Shown here in pieces: positions 50,401 through 56,246 of a DNA stretch of 64,000 bases (position 1 is the stretch's first letter; each line of letters starts with the position of its first letter). The stretch covers positions 57,983 to 121,982 of the IMG/VR virus record IMGVR_UViG_3300023179_000032, one strand, 5' to 3'. The position numbers were made by a program, and so were the translations under genes. Source of the stretch: a virus. The notes beneath the pieces are model-generated. The model searched no databases. It was not told the DNA's origin and worked only from the letters and a program-made list of their open reading frames with translations.

Positions 50401-53400
50401 GCTGGACAGCTGGTCATGCTTACTATAGAGATGCAGTAAATCTCAATGCAGATGCATTAGCTACACAAGGCCAAAAAGAAGCAAGTTTAGCAGCGTTTAG
50501 ATACTTGAAATCACTATTAGTCACCATTGCAGGCAACAATGTTACCGCGGTTAATAGAGTTAAAACAGCTATGAATGTTGTATTAGACACAATTGAGCAA
50601 GGTAAGACAACACGCAATGCGAATGATGCTAGAGTTGTAGCAGCAGTAAATGCTATTGACACAGGTAAAGGCACATTGCTTACACAAATGACTGCTTGGC
50701 TAAGAGATGGGGCACAAAATTTAAGTGATGGTCAAAGTTTTAATAACAATTACAGCGAAGCTCTTTGCTTACGTGACTTAGGTTACTTAATTGATGCTAT
50801 CAAGTATGACCTAACATACGGCGGTAATATGGAAAGTGTGGTTGCTGCTCGCAGTTACTACAATGGCGTAGTATTACAAGGCGGTGCTAGTAATACACTG
50901 GGGAATAACGCACCTCATATTGCCAAAACTCAAGCAGCATTTACATATCTAGGCACTAAAATCCAAACTTTAAGTGGAGTCCCTGCTAGTGTATTTGCTA
51001 GAGTTAATAGCATTATTGGAGAGGTAAACCAATCTATTAGAACTGCTGAAAGTGCTTTAGTAGTTGGTAAGACTTATGAAATCGTAAGTCTTGGCGCTAC
51101 TACAAATACTCAGTGGAATACAATTGCTGGTACAACAGGTGTAACATATGCTGTAGGTTCTCGTATTAAGGTAGCACAAGCAGGTTCTGGTGATGGATAT
51201 GCAGCTCTAGTTCCAACTGAAGTTTATGCTGATGCAAGCTGGGCAGAAACAGCTCTTCAAGAAGTTGCTGTGACAATGAGATTGCAGAGAACTACCATAC
51301 AGTCTCAGATCACTGATTATGTAGAGGCTAAGTTCCCAGGATTAATGACAGCAACTCAGAAAGATAAATGTGCTCGTGATGCAGGACTATTGATTGATGC
51401 AGTACGTTGGGATATGCTGTTTAACAGCAATTTCCGTAGTATTGTAGCAGGTCGTTCATACTATAGAAGAGCCCTAAACTTAGCTGCTGATGCTCTAGCT
51501 TCACTAGGGGAAAAAGCAGCAACTATAGCAGCGTTTACATACTTGAAGGATATTCTGCAAGGAATAGCAGCAGCTAATCCTACAGCCAGCGAGCGTGTAA
51601 CTTCTAATATGGATGTTATTCTTGAAATCATTGAGAATGGTACAGAAAATAACCAAGCTAATCCAACAATTAACTTTGGTACTGTATCAAGCACTGATCG
51701 TACAAAGGCTAAGGCAATGTTATTGGCTAATAAGGAGTTCATCAAGACAGAAGTTATTAACTACATCAATGCAACATATAGTCAAGTAACCTATGATGAG
51801 GAAAAATGTGCTCGTGATGTGGAATTAATCACAACTGCCATAGCTTATGATATGGTACAAAATGGTAATTTCCAAACAGTACGTGCTGCACAAGGATACT
51901 TGAGAGCAAATGCTGCTAATGTGTTAACAGATCAACAGCAACATATTACGGTATTAGCAATGAAGTATTTGAAAAACTTACTAACTAATTATGTTGGTGG
52001 AAATAGTCTTGCTGCTACCAGAGTAAAAGCACTCATAGACATAGTTATTACAATTGTTTATGAAGAATCTGCTACAAACTTACCAGCACTGAACTACGGT
52101 ACAGCTCCAACCCCAGCAAAATGGACTGCTACAGGTATAACAGGTAGTAGTTCAAGTGGTAGTATCCAGAGCATTTCTAATAAAGTTATAGATTATATTA
52201 ATGCATCAGCAAGTGGGTATACTGTGCCAACTGGTTATAATGAAACCAAGTGTAGAAGAGACTTGCAGTATATCTTAGAAGGATTACGTTATGACCTTAC
52301 ACACGGTGGTAACTGGGCAACAGTAGTAAATGCTCGCGCATATTTTGTAGGTACTCAAGCACAATTGGGCAGTGTTGCTGCTGAAAAGACAGCTACAACT
52401 CGTGCTTACACATACTTGAAAACACTAGCTGATCTAACCAATGTAACTACTGGTGTAGTAGATGGTGTAGATGCAGATGATAGAGCAGCGGCATTGATTC
52501 AAATCATTATTGATGTTATTAATGGCGGTGTAAGTGCTATACCAGCTATCCAGTATCCAGAACTATTAGGTAGTAATGACGCATTAGAAGCAGCTAGAAA
52601 CATTCTAATTAGTAATATTCCTAATGCCAAGGCCAAGACAATTCGTTGGGTAAACAACCGTTCATACTTTGTTTATAACATAGTGAAATGTGAGCGTGAC
52701 ATTGGATTGATCTTAGATGCTGTACATAATGATGTTCTAACAGGTAGCAATGTATTAAGTGTTCAAGCTGGTACAAGTTACTTAAGAGCTAGTGCTAGTG
52801 GTGCTATAGCTGCTCCACAAAAGTGGGCAATATTAGCAGGACTAACACAGGCTAAGAGTATTTTAAGTAGCCTAGTTAGTACAAATGCTGATATTGTAAG
52901 TGCTATACGTGCTAGATTATCCATAGTTATTGACATTATTAATGATAATGTTGCTCCAGCAATTACATTTAGTTCTGGTAATACTGTAGCCACAATTAAT
53001 ACTACTGGTAGTAGTTACGTTTCATTGTATTATGAAGAAGCTACTGCTAAAGCAACTGCTGGTACTGCTCCTAATGTTATTACATCTGCAAATAGAATAG
53101 CTGCTAAAACTACTCTAAGAACTGATGCTACTAGAAAGACTGTAATTAAGAATATACTTGATTATGCTGATAGCAATACTCCAGCAACAAGTTACAACAA
53201 GGCCAAGTGTGGACGTGATATTGCATTAATTTTAGATGCTCTAGCACACGATCTACTACACGGTGGTAACTTAGCTACAAGGGTTGCTGCTGCTGCTTAC
53301 TTTGTTGGTACATCAAATCAATTAGGTGCAGTAGCAAATGAGATTACAGAAACAGTGACATGTCTTGGTCAACTTAAGACTCAAATAGCAGCTCTAACTC

Positions 53401-55808
53401 CATTCAGTGGAGTAGCTGCCCTTGTAACTGAAACTAATGCTAGAATTGATGAAATCATTGCAGTAATTAACGGTGGATTAAGTGCTCTAGCTGCTGAAAG
53501 TCCTCCAAGCTTTACAGGTGTAAGCGCAACTAATACCAGTGCTAGAACTACATTAGTGGCTGCTAAGGAAGCTAGTACATTCAAGATATTAGAAGCTGTT
53601 AATACTAGAGAGTATCTAGATTACACTGGTGATACAGTAACCAAGTGTGAGCGTGATGTTAATACAATAGTAGACGCATTAAGTTTTGACGTTGCTAAAT
53701 CAAGTAATTTCAAGAGTATCAAAGCAGCACAGGCCTACTTAAGAAGTTATAGCAAAGTGGTAACTGAAGAGCAGAAACAGGCTACAATTGGATCATTCTA
53801 CTTTATCAAGAAGAAAGTTACAGAAGCGGTTGCTGCTGCTAGCGGAGATCCAACAAGTGCTCGCGCATTGATGGATACAATTATTGACATTGTAGATCGT
53901 GGAATAACAGCTACACCAAGTCTTGTAATTACTGCAACAGCTGATACTGATCAGGCATTGGCAAGTGCTATATTGGTTAACAATGCAGCATTTATCAAAG
54001 CTGAAATCCGTGCTTACTTAGATAAAAACTATCCAGAATTGGATTATAACAAGATCAAGTGTGAAAGAGATGTTCAATATATCTTGGATGCACTACGTTA
54101 TGATCTAGTATTTGGTGGTGATTCAGAAACTAAAGAAGCTGGCTTGGCATATTGGGAAGGTAACAAGCTGACATTAGGCACACACCCAACTGGTATTGAT
54201 GCATTTGACATTGACGGTGGTGAGGATGAAAAGACAGCTACTGTGGCAGCTTACACTTATCTAGCTGGCCTAGTTAAGACTGTACTTAACAATACAAGCT
54301 ACACACCATTACAGGTTGTGACAAGTAAAGGTACTTATGTAACAAGTTCAACATCAGGAGTAAGGGCAGCTGATCTAGCAGATACAGCAAAAGAACTAAT
54401 TGACAACTTAGTATTAATTGTTAACAACGCTCCAGGCACACTAGCAGGGGCTATAGCTGCTGCTGGTACTATAACCAAGCCAAGCACACCAAATACTACA
54501 ATTGCTGCATTGACATTAGCGTCAGCTGTTAGTACAGAAATTAGAAAAGCATTTGTTACTGCTAATGGTGATGGAACTGGTGCAAAAGTTCAATTCTTCG
54601 TGTACAACCAAACTAAGTGTGCTCGCGATGTTGGATTTATTGTAGAATCTCTAGCATTTGATGCACTATATGGTGGTAACAAAGAGTCTAGAACAGCAGC
54701 TCTTGAGTATGCTTATAAAGGTGGATTAATGATACCTATAGCTACAAAAGGCCCAACTGTTGGCGGATTCAAGAGATTGAAAGCAATTCTTCCAAATATT
54801 GTTCAAGGTACTGCTTTAGCAAGTGTAAGTACAGGTACAACTGCTGCTGATCAGGTATTGAATAATGAAACTGTTAATAGTGTAACATATACAGGTGCTT
54901 CAGCAGCACTTGGAACTGAAGCAGCAGACAATGCTCAATATGTATTGGATGTGATCAAAGGTGGTGCAGCAGCAGCTCCAACACTAGTAGATCCAACATT
55001 TGCTAATGTTACTGGATTCAAACCAGACTACTTGGTCGTAAGAGCAGTTGTACGTGATAGTATCCCAACAGTGGCTGCTAACACAATCAAATTCATCAAT
55101 GAAACATATGCTGGATTTGGTTACTTACAAGATACCTGTAAGCGTGATGTAGGATTAACAGTTGATGCTATGGCATATGACTTGATCTATGGTGGTAATA
55201 GTAGAACTAAGTTTGCTGCTGAACAGTACTTTAGTGGTGGTCGTTTCCAAATCCCAGCAGACAGCAAGAGTGCTACAGTGGCCTGCTTTGAACAACTAGG
55301 TGCATTAGCTGCCAAAGTTGTTAGAAATGAGCCAATTGTAACATTCCAAAACTATGTGGATCAGGACAAGAGCAATCCAACTGCAACACAGAGTGAAGTT
55401 ACAAATATTTCATCACTCACAGATGCGTTCACAGATATCTTGTCCAATGGATATATCAGTGTACTACAACTTGATGCTACATTTAACGGTAGTGTAGATG
55501 ACAATACATTTGCTACATTCCACCAAGTTAGTACAATTACTACAACTGGCCACACTCTAGAGTGGGTTGGAACTGGTATTGACGTAGATAGTGCGCTACC
55601 ATACAATGGCGGTGTACCAAAACCCCAGAATCAGCTTGTAAGTGACAAGGGCGGATTTATTAACTTCACCAGTACAGATGAAAAAGGTGACTTTAGAATT
55701 GGTCCAGACTTAACAATCAAGCGTGACTCAGGTAGTATTGTAGGTAGAGCATTTAACAAGAGCTTGTTAGGTGTTGTAACACCATACATCTTAGCATTGC
55801 AGAGTTAA
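35430..55808 (+). CDS. Giant 6792-aa virion appendage protein: fibre-type N-terminus, split pectate-lyase-like beta-helix and 34 phycobiliprotein-like helical repeats
   Basis: Uninterrupted 20.4-kb ORF; IRFKRS...VPSLDSIDLGEIALNTADGKLF; LYVAKNGDDSNSGKT beta-helix entry; 34 copies of C-x-(R/E/A)-D-x7-(Y/F/W)D-x3-(GGN/xSN); C-terminal GHTLEWVGTG...FTSTDEKGDFRIG. Confidence 0.9.
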   Translation: MSTNIRFKRSDIPGKVPSLDSIDLGEIALNTADGKLFTKQEIKQPDGFAAIQKIIEIGATEVPNVLYVAKNGDDSNSGKTLGQAFLTLKKALSIATPGTTIFLKSGEYIEDNPLRVPARVSVVGDNLRNTTVRPKNPTKDIFWVYNGAYIFCMNFKGHIAPSAAVCFPPDGSAGEIVTSPYTQAVTSITTTGTGMRVDGALTTGLRSMVCDAFTQYNQGGIGIHMLNRGNTQLVSIFTICCDISFMCENGGFCSVNLSNSSFGNYGLVSRGASDPLYRGVVKKSAGRQITFKNLARRPNIGDGVLFADYNQKTCDRDNGLIVDSLAFDLLYEGTTQSTFSGLRYWAKDGITIGIEQQEQTAAAIKRAQTVARSVITDTSFTSAGNSVSQVRANALGISTASVGGKTFLERVDTAKRLATEGFDIISRIVATGPKSPALIIGPDLDAAEPEYKILREQVLDRKSQIVDETIAFLKTNFSTVAYVTSKCKRDIDLIIEAVVEDMIFGTNYKTIKAAISYLKAVADTYTVPDEQRTATIEAYKFARDKIVPLVQENDTLLARVQNSFTIITTALANGGKAYIEGLLDPTAGTYALTFPAQQDTDPDVLNLVKNLQKNKKFVVAEVIDYINKNWPTVVAYDYDTNVCGRDIGYAIDAACYDLVYGGNSQTLDAARRYFNYASGLSQLKSSEEVPATIDAFGRAQLLSQRVVILDKIEGTQPVPQVFKEGSVDLVPTTQTQVNRLGGLFSIFLKQLETEIVGTSDFIQPNGSRLNDSGLENAFDLLQANKQFIKNDVINYLAVAYPGFDYDKVKCARDVGYIIDSICFDIVHGGNRQAVTAGIYYFDFNEDKNVLTSIVPKQIKQTVNAYKYMKELLRDVLTCSPTPNPWQGAVPQITNLPAATGSEVVAVGNLIDIINEILQEGPNNTEDSIQRLKQPIGLIASTDVNKQRAFNLLMANRQFIRAEMIAYINQNWFTISDGDTQFARVNTATDLTLGTTTTGYPTVTYQPSLYKSIRDAVLAAKEDIKTETIKFMANSFFDNFSFNKPKCYRDVGLILDAILSDMIFGSNYKTITAAISYLRAYASEVVGAQKVQTVASLKAAKDITLKRIVAPSAKEEISTRFDIVIDILDGARVNEDGDIITNAIIDGVSYSANSGYSVSTSSVGIDNGALNYPIPVRNSEEDIDRYTAVEILRKNINFIKDEVASFIDANFTLNEFDREKCARDVGLIVDAIGYDLMFLSNFRSISAGRAYLRANSAKVTGSQKLATLGSFKHLKKLAVEIVKGNNLAVNSVERSMDIILDILDKGPEATPKYVIPFPATGRNIEFKRARDLVEKNRDFIIDDVVTYVNTPGLVIMPAPVEYKFKQNQVTNGITTKLFETDGQFVIQYPGALPNFLLAPGDLVRVSGKLFGTSSIEGYSSGNTYKVATVTNNGAATTTTEFKLVNLDGSALVVFGGTTGKTDTMRFEKVSAAAYAQPTGFDVAKCRRDLELILDAIFYDTTYGGTMESEVAGKSYVAGVLSQLDPLNNQSDEVSATLRAYEYLRQIIGAVAQDVVWTPTVGNTTLQVRSPNGSDGSLEASLDMQTCVSLILKLIDDANDENLTTSLYTISSAPDLGWVDPALVQVHKALQAAKEKTKEAVTDFVDENYVLFGYDRGKCRRDVELVVEAVRYDLLLNSNFRSIVAGRSYYRQMASVVVKDQKSATLASFQHLKEKLLEIVKPVNPENPTTAEAQSVQRVTRSMDIILKILENGLTAEPTFILTTPTGGTGNAYATAARLTLASDIEINRTAIENDLISWINANKLTYGNPSYDENACRRDIEYILDALRYDLIYGGDLETRNAAKAYYAATDDDIPTALGTGEQSLTLAAYDQLKTIIDNYSAASVTPSSALIDKIIYYITNGAFAAIEVPPDVNWVESGVKLFGDKLALRSTINSLRKNVTDFVDINFAYNEAKCRRDVGFLIDAMCYDLLYGGNVDTTQAATSYYDGAVTPKSIIPKQIIQTVAAYERLKEVLDQVVQLKDVRPSGNQFAARDRVNSSFDLIIKLLQDGISFTPKRPFLMPAPTSGSDTAFSANYADAVKQVQGNRAFLIAETTAFIQTTYPTLEYNRDKCERDVSYLIDAVLYDLTYGGNSASHLAGKAYYEGNWDPTSTTTGPASLDGELTESIAAYNYLGDLLLVVAQGQSYANAARSTKQNAVVQKTGTGGSLAAGQKAQSLIKDVVVKIIDGNANADPTTLDPPGTSWVDSKLVALNSAINLAAFRTAVKAEVNTLLTTKFDIGYADTQKTQCEADIDDVIDAVRYDVMFGSNYRSQLAGNAYYRGFTGLADVIASGDRVITGTVTAGSFVAGKKYKIVNLGTTTDWNTAAGTTGVTYVVGDTFTAAVAGTGDGTVNLVVSGQKDASVATFELVRDAVLEKVALYTTEQVKTGAAGSAAAGDKAGDLIQVVIDFIDDTLTDPTETLAPTDWVDADLVALSTVLANSKTGANSVANIPLEITNYLNDRFEGALTYSVTDCQEDIRSITDAVRFDMMFDSNFRTISAARAYFRAQASKVVGEQKFATLEAFRLLKEKLSVLVNTSAVAVERVQAKMDLLINIVDKGESAIPAYVLSSPTGYNTTRAGTVSFGYARNLIESNREFIKSEILKYIRTNPALAGLDFVESKCVRDMDLLLDAVYYDMTYGGNMESVIAGGAYYRGSRAGDLGAGQNPTITGDDVTATIAAFGHLRDIIKLIAQGKDVSDLQVIFPQVLGDPGSIAAASTSKNLILTIRNLIRQGYIWKGKWITATAYKANDLVMWEGYFWLATQASSSQNPFVGSSYWKKQLPIEPDTSWVPDNVRLASNLIELMKTSDDASGGYGGRTAITAQITEWIRLQLDAARFNAAPAAIANPGSGPLLDFVSGKGANYISSVGTWTDWFVVIPVTSMVQNMTYKIANRGTNGTFPASSGNNSAVGDEFVASGAGTGDGTVVRVLSASDMVAGRRYKIKAVGTTTPWLSLATETISSAVNSTFIKNTVTGSGDGTVYEMFTYDIDKCERDVLYILDAVRYDMMFDSRFRTATAARSYWRQQSNLALASGSTNNSIYPQKVQSKELFTFLKKLLRELPAKYPNKSSADKTIDQLPAITSGSVPYTRIGELMDLILDALNATSLSNLNATLKAKNVNILPLPTGGINNSRDLGVRAARDLVEANRAFIKAEVIDWIDEQRRQGKEGFQNNPAGTYSTDFVFNRKECSEDLDLILDAVYYDLTYGGSMESTVAGMAYYSGTALASLPADEREATIRTYAYLSGLVFDIARSTKVTSYQKSLEQLKGTAGSVETARRLSELVDIVLDVVKGGTKQKVTRVDPDFLAGDETLAYVRVAVQEQKFELQARIADYIDSFILQYNTEKCARDVGLILDAAMYDMVLNSNFQSVTAGSVYLQKAANVVYSTQIGPQLEAIKFIRDRVIEISQKPPLVKNEDAIGRITNLFDVMFDIIDKGVEVAPPVVNVPPIGAAFNPNAVNAANSLIANKEFLKEEVVAYVTANYKTYDQSRCSRDVGLIIDAALYDLLLNTNYNSVKAGLAYRRATSSLVLTDQLQETLGGIDYAKQAVVELLDDADAIASVTRSFELISSIIGGGSLPEVRTPAPGGSVFALSRPTGSVYRDPKFKVAAEALFSAKSTLATAVTNWIAAQTNNQLTGITIASDIFSVDTPSPILANGDKIKLKVTLTNSTPANAVAANTEVYVINVTAPATGKQTFKVSLTSGGAAITGITTLSYSNGNLEVMGKGTGIWSGFTYDAAKCQEDIGFIIDALRYDLTYGGNMESLVAGYAYYDGTVFTNPGEIPATIAAYTYLADEVRATVNSALSAPANTDVLQALEARDLVLIIRNLLDARANGIPSSVLPSQVWVDPLLQEINQTFIQEKPRLQDVIIDYVNNIGTFTNNVIQTPADYDTEKCQRDVGLVLDAIRYDLMFGSTFRTTVAARSYRRSLASEVSGIGAQATANISAFKELKERVLGKKLVNVRISSVTGDFTCDAPVTDLYEPLKKNQPVRVSGVYAKDGNGNQVAGTLQNFSNIATQPKTYYIIGTPTTTSFQLSESVDGAPITTTLGTSAALSTSGLTFEIRPSLESLDEVTTQGLLDVVELDAETSAEALVVGREYKIVSKGKTLVPAGEFQVGGRYIIEFGSGQQANTDFTQIGAANSLQGTVFVATGTGSGTGTAYYYTDYTEFGALNNNIGTTFVATGTPTGVTKGSGRVRTLNFRERAERLFDMFLAIINRDSGNATLTSLGYVVNTTLDVPAYNSGTNNQLNGALNSSAQTITVDSTAGFPSSGTIKINLELISYTGVSPTTFTGCTRGSSGTTASAHDDNAIVYGQTFTHYLITPPAFATTDYDTVAEYQTALADKTARILARDKINNARQTLEDGLITWIGSQITDKNGNFDSAFSTYWSANSYAKRDKCREDIKYLLDAIAYDLTFGGNQETLVAGKAYYDGTSLGVEKLATIDAYNYFKTLISSQLNFDLAGLVITGTAGQFTTTSSGLRVGDTVVISGTNAAPGTGTMTNGTYVVASKSGTAFTLTTVAGAAITTVAGTPSGQKITVQVPDASNLLDQVISLIDPKIEDPKLVEADTSWVDSELYVFSDKLKAAANTVAKATTDYVNANFAGLSYNVATCQRDVKLIIDAVRWDMMFDSNFRTKVAAASYYRAQASTVVGLQKEATEKAFGVVKVALDDLVKSDSVAQTRVAALMDIVINLLAAANKTAALATLPATKLPYGGTPNASNIGYLNARDRVERNRDYILDEMGRWLDDQSYSFTNYNKTTCLRDIELVLDAVRYDLTYGGTMSSAEAGQAYYAGAVLANSNADHINATKAAFGHLKAVIVAVANNTDYTETTGTINVTQVRDAASDVLAEDAAGATQAGACVDVVISWVDSGSGTAATRPSTNWVDNNLALIASTMYDRITSLALQVTDFVEAEFPGLMSAAQKTKCARDVGLITEAVRWDMMFATNFRSWTAGHAYYRDAVNLNADALATQGQKEASLAAFRYLKSLLVTIAGNNVTAVNRVKTAMNVVLDTIEQGKTTRNANDARVVAAVNAIDTGKGTLLTQMTAWLRDGAQNLSDGQSFNNNYSEALCLRDLGYLIDAIKYDLTYGGNMESVVAARSYYNGVVLQGGASNTLGNNAPHIAKTQAAFTYLGTKIQTLSGVPASVFARVNSIIGEVNQSIRTAESALVVGKTYEIVSLGATTNTQWNTIAGTTGVTYAVGSRIKVAQAGSGDGYAALVPTEVYADASWAETALQEVAVTMRLQRTTIQSQITDYVEAKFPGLMTATQKDKCARDAGLLIDAVRWDMLFNSNFRSIVAGRSYYRRALNLAADALASLGEKAATIAAFTYLKDILQGIAAANPTASERVTSNMDVILEIIENGTENNQANPTINFGTVSSTDRTKAKAMLLANKEFIKTEVINYINATYSQVTYDEEKCARDVELITTAIAYDMVQNGNFQTVRAAQGYLRANAANVLTDQQQHITVLAMKYLKNLLTNYVGGNSLAATRVKALIDIVITIVYEESATNLPALNYGTAPTPAKWTATGITGSSSSGSIQSISNKVIDYINASASGYTVPTGYNETKCRRDLQYILEGLRYDLTHGGNWATVVNARAYFVGTQAQLGSVAAEKTATTRAYTYLKTLADLTNVTTGVVDGVDADDRAAALIQIIIDVINGGVSAIPAIQYPELLGSNDALEAARNILISNIPNAKAKTIRWVNNRSYFVYNIVKCERDIGLILDAVHNDVLTGSNVLSVQAGTSYLRASASGAIAAPQKWAILAGLTQAKSILSSLVSTNADIVSAIRARLSIVIDIINDNVAPAITFSSGNTVATINTTGSSYVSLYYEEATAKATAGTAPNVITSANRIAAKTTLRTDATRKTVIKNILDYADSNTPATSYNKAKCGRDIALILDALAHDLLHGGNLATRVAAAAYFVGTSNQLGAVANEITETVTCLGQLKTQIAALTPFSGVAALVTETNARIDEIIAVINGGLSALAAESPPSFTGVSATNTSARTTLVAAKEASTFKILEAVNTREYLDYTGDTVTKCERDVNTIVDALSFDVAKSSNFKSIKAAQAYLRSYSKVVTEEQKQATIGSFYFIKKKVTEAVAAASGDPTSARALMDTIIDIVDRGITATPSLVITATADTDQALASAILVNNAAFIKAEIRAYLDKNYPELDYNKIKCERDVQYILDALRYDLVFGGDSETKEAGLAYWEGNKLTLGTHPTGIDAFDIDGGEDEKTATVAAYTYLAGLVKTVLNNTSYTPLQVVTSKGTYVTSSTSGVRAADLADTAKELIDNLVLIVNNAPGTLAGAIAAAGTITKPSTPNTTIAALTLASAVSTEIRKAFVTANGDGTGAKVQFFVYNQTKCARDVGFIVESLAFDALYGGNKESRTAALEYAYKGGLMIPIATKGPTVGGFKRLKAILPNIVQGTALASVSTGTTAADQVLNNETVNSVTYTGASAALGTEAADNAQYVLDVIKGGAAAAPTLVDPTFANVTGFKPDYLVVRAVVRDSIPTVAANTIKFINETYAGFGYLQDTCKRDVGLTVDAMAYDLIYGGNSRTKFAAEQYFSGGRFQIPADSKSATVACFEQLGALAAKVVRNEPIVTFQNYVDQDKSNPTATQSEVTNISSLTDAFTDILSNGYISVLQLDATFNGSVDDNTFATFHQVSTITTTGHTLEWVGTGIDVDSALPYNGGVPKPQNQLVSDKGGFINFTSTDEKGDFRIGPDLTIKRDSGSIVGRAFNKSLLGVVTPYILALQS
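36340..55480 (+). repeat. Array of 34 divergent helical repeats with an invariant Cys
   Basis: Counted by eye: first Cys codon at 36369 (KTCDRD), last at 55137 (DTCKRD); 29 CxRD, 4 CxED, 1 CEAD. Confidence 0.85.
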
Positions 55809-55819
55809 AGGTAAAAACG

Positions 55820-55851
55820 GTTACTTACCTGTCAGGAGGCAGGTAAGTAAC
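55820..55851. other. 14-bp hairpin with an AGGA loop (possible processing site, stabiliser or antisense terminator)
   Basis: GTTACTTACCTGTC-AGGA-GGCAGGTAAGTAAC (one G-U pair); no U-tract on +, CGTTTTT follows on -. Confidence 0.6.
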
Positions 55852-55876
55852 ATATTAAAAAGAAAAGGATTAAAAT

Positions 55877-56215
55877 ATGGCAACAGTACCCTTAAATGCG
55901 TTTAAAACAGTGACAGCAAGCGTAACAGCAAGCCCAACAAATATCTACACAACACCAGCTGGTGTAACAGGTATTATTCTTGGTACACAGGTCACAAATA
56001 TTACTGATTCAACAAGCGCAGCATTTACAGCATGGCATGTTCGTGGTGTTGTATCAAATGAATTAGTAAACGATTTTGAAATTCCTAACAGCGATGCTAT
56101 TAGTTTCGTTGCAGGTAAGCTAGTTTTAGAATCAGGCGACAGTCTTCGTGTGCAAGGCAGTCAAAATGGAGCGTTAAAAGTTACATTAAGTGTTCTAGAA
56201 TCAGCTAACGATTAA
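55877..56215 (+). CDS. Small beta-sandwich structural protein partnering the giant protein
   Basis: AAGGA ribosome-binding site; paralog of 29219-29626. Confidence 0.7.
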   Translation: MATVPLNAFKTVTASVTASPTNIYTTPAGVTGIILGTQVTNITDSTSAAFTAWHVRGVVSNELVNDFEIPNSDAISFVAGKLVLESGDSLRVQGSQNGALKVTLSVLESAND

Positions 56216-56246
56216 TATTGAAGTCTCAAGATAAGGATAGATAAAA

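Noticed and set aside
34421-55606. Many 60-250-aa minus-strand ORFs opposite the fibre and giant genes
   Set aside because: Shadows produced by codon bias in the long + strand ORFs.
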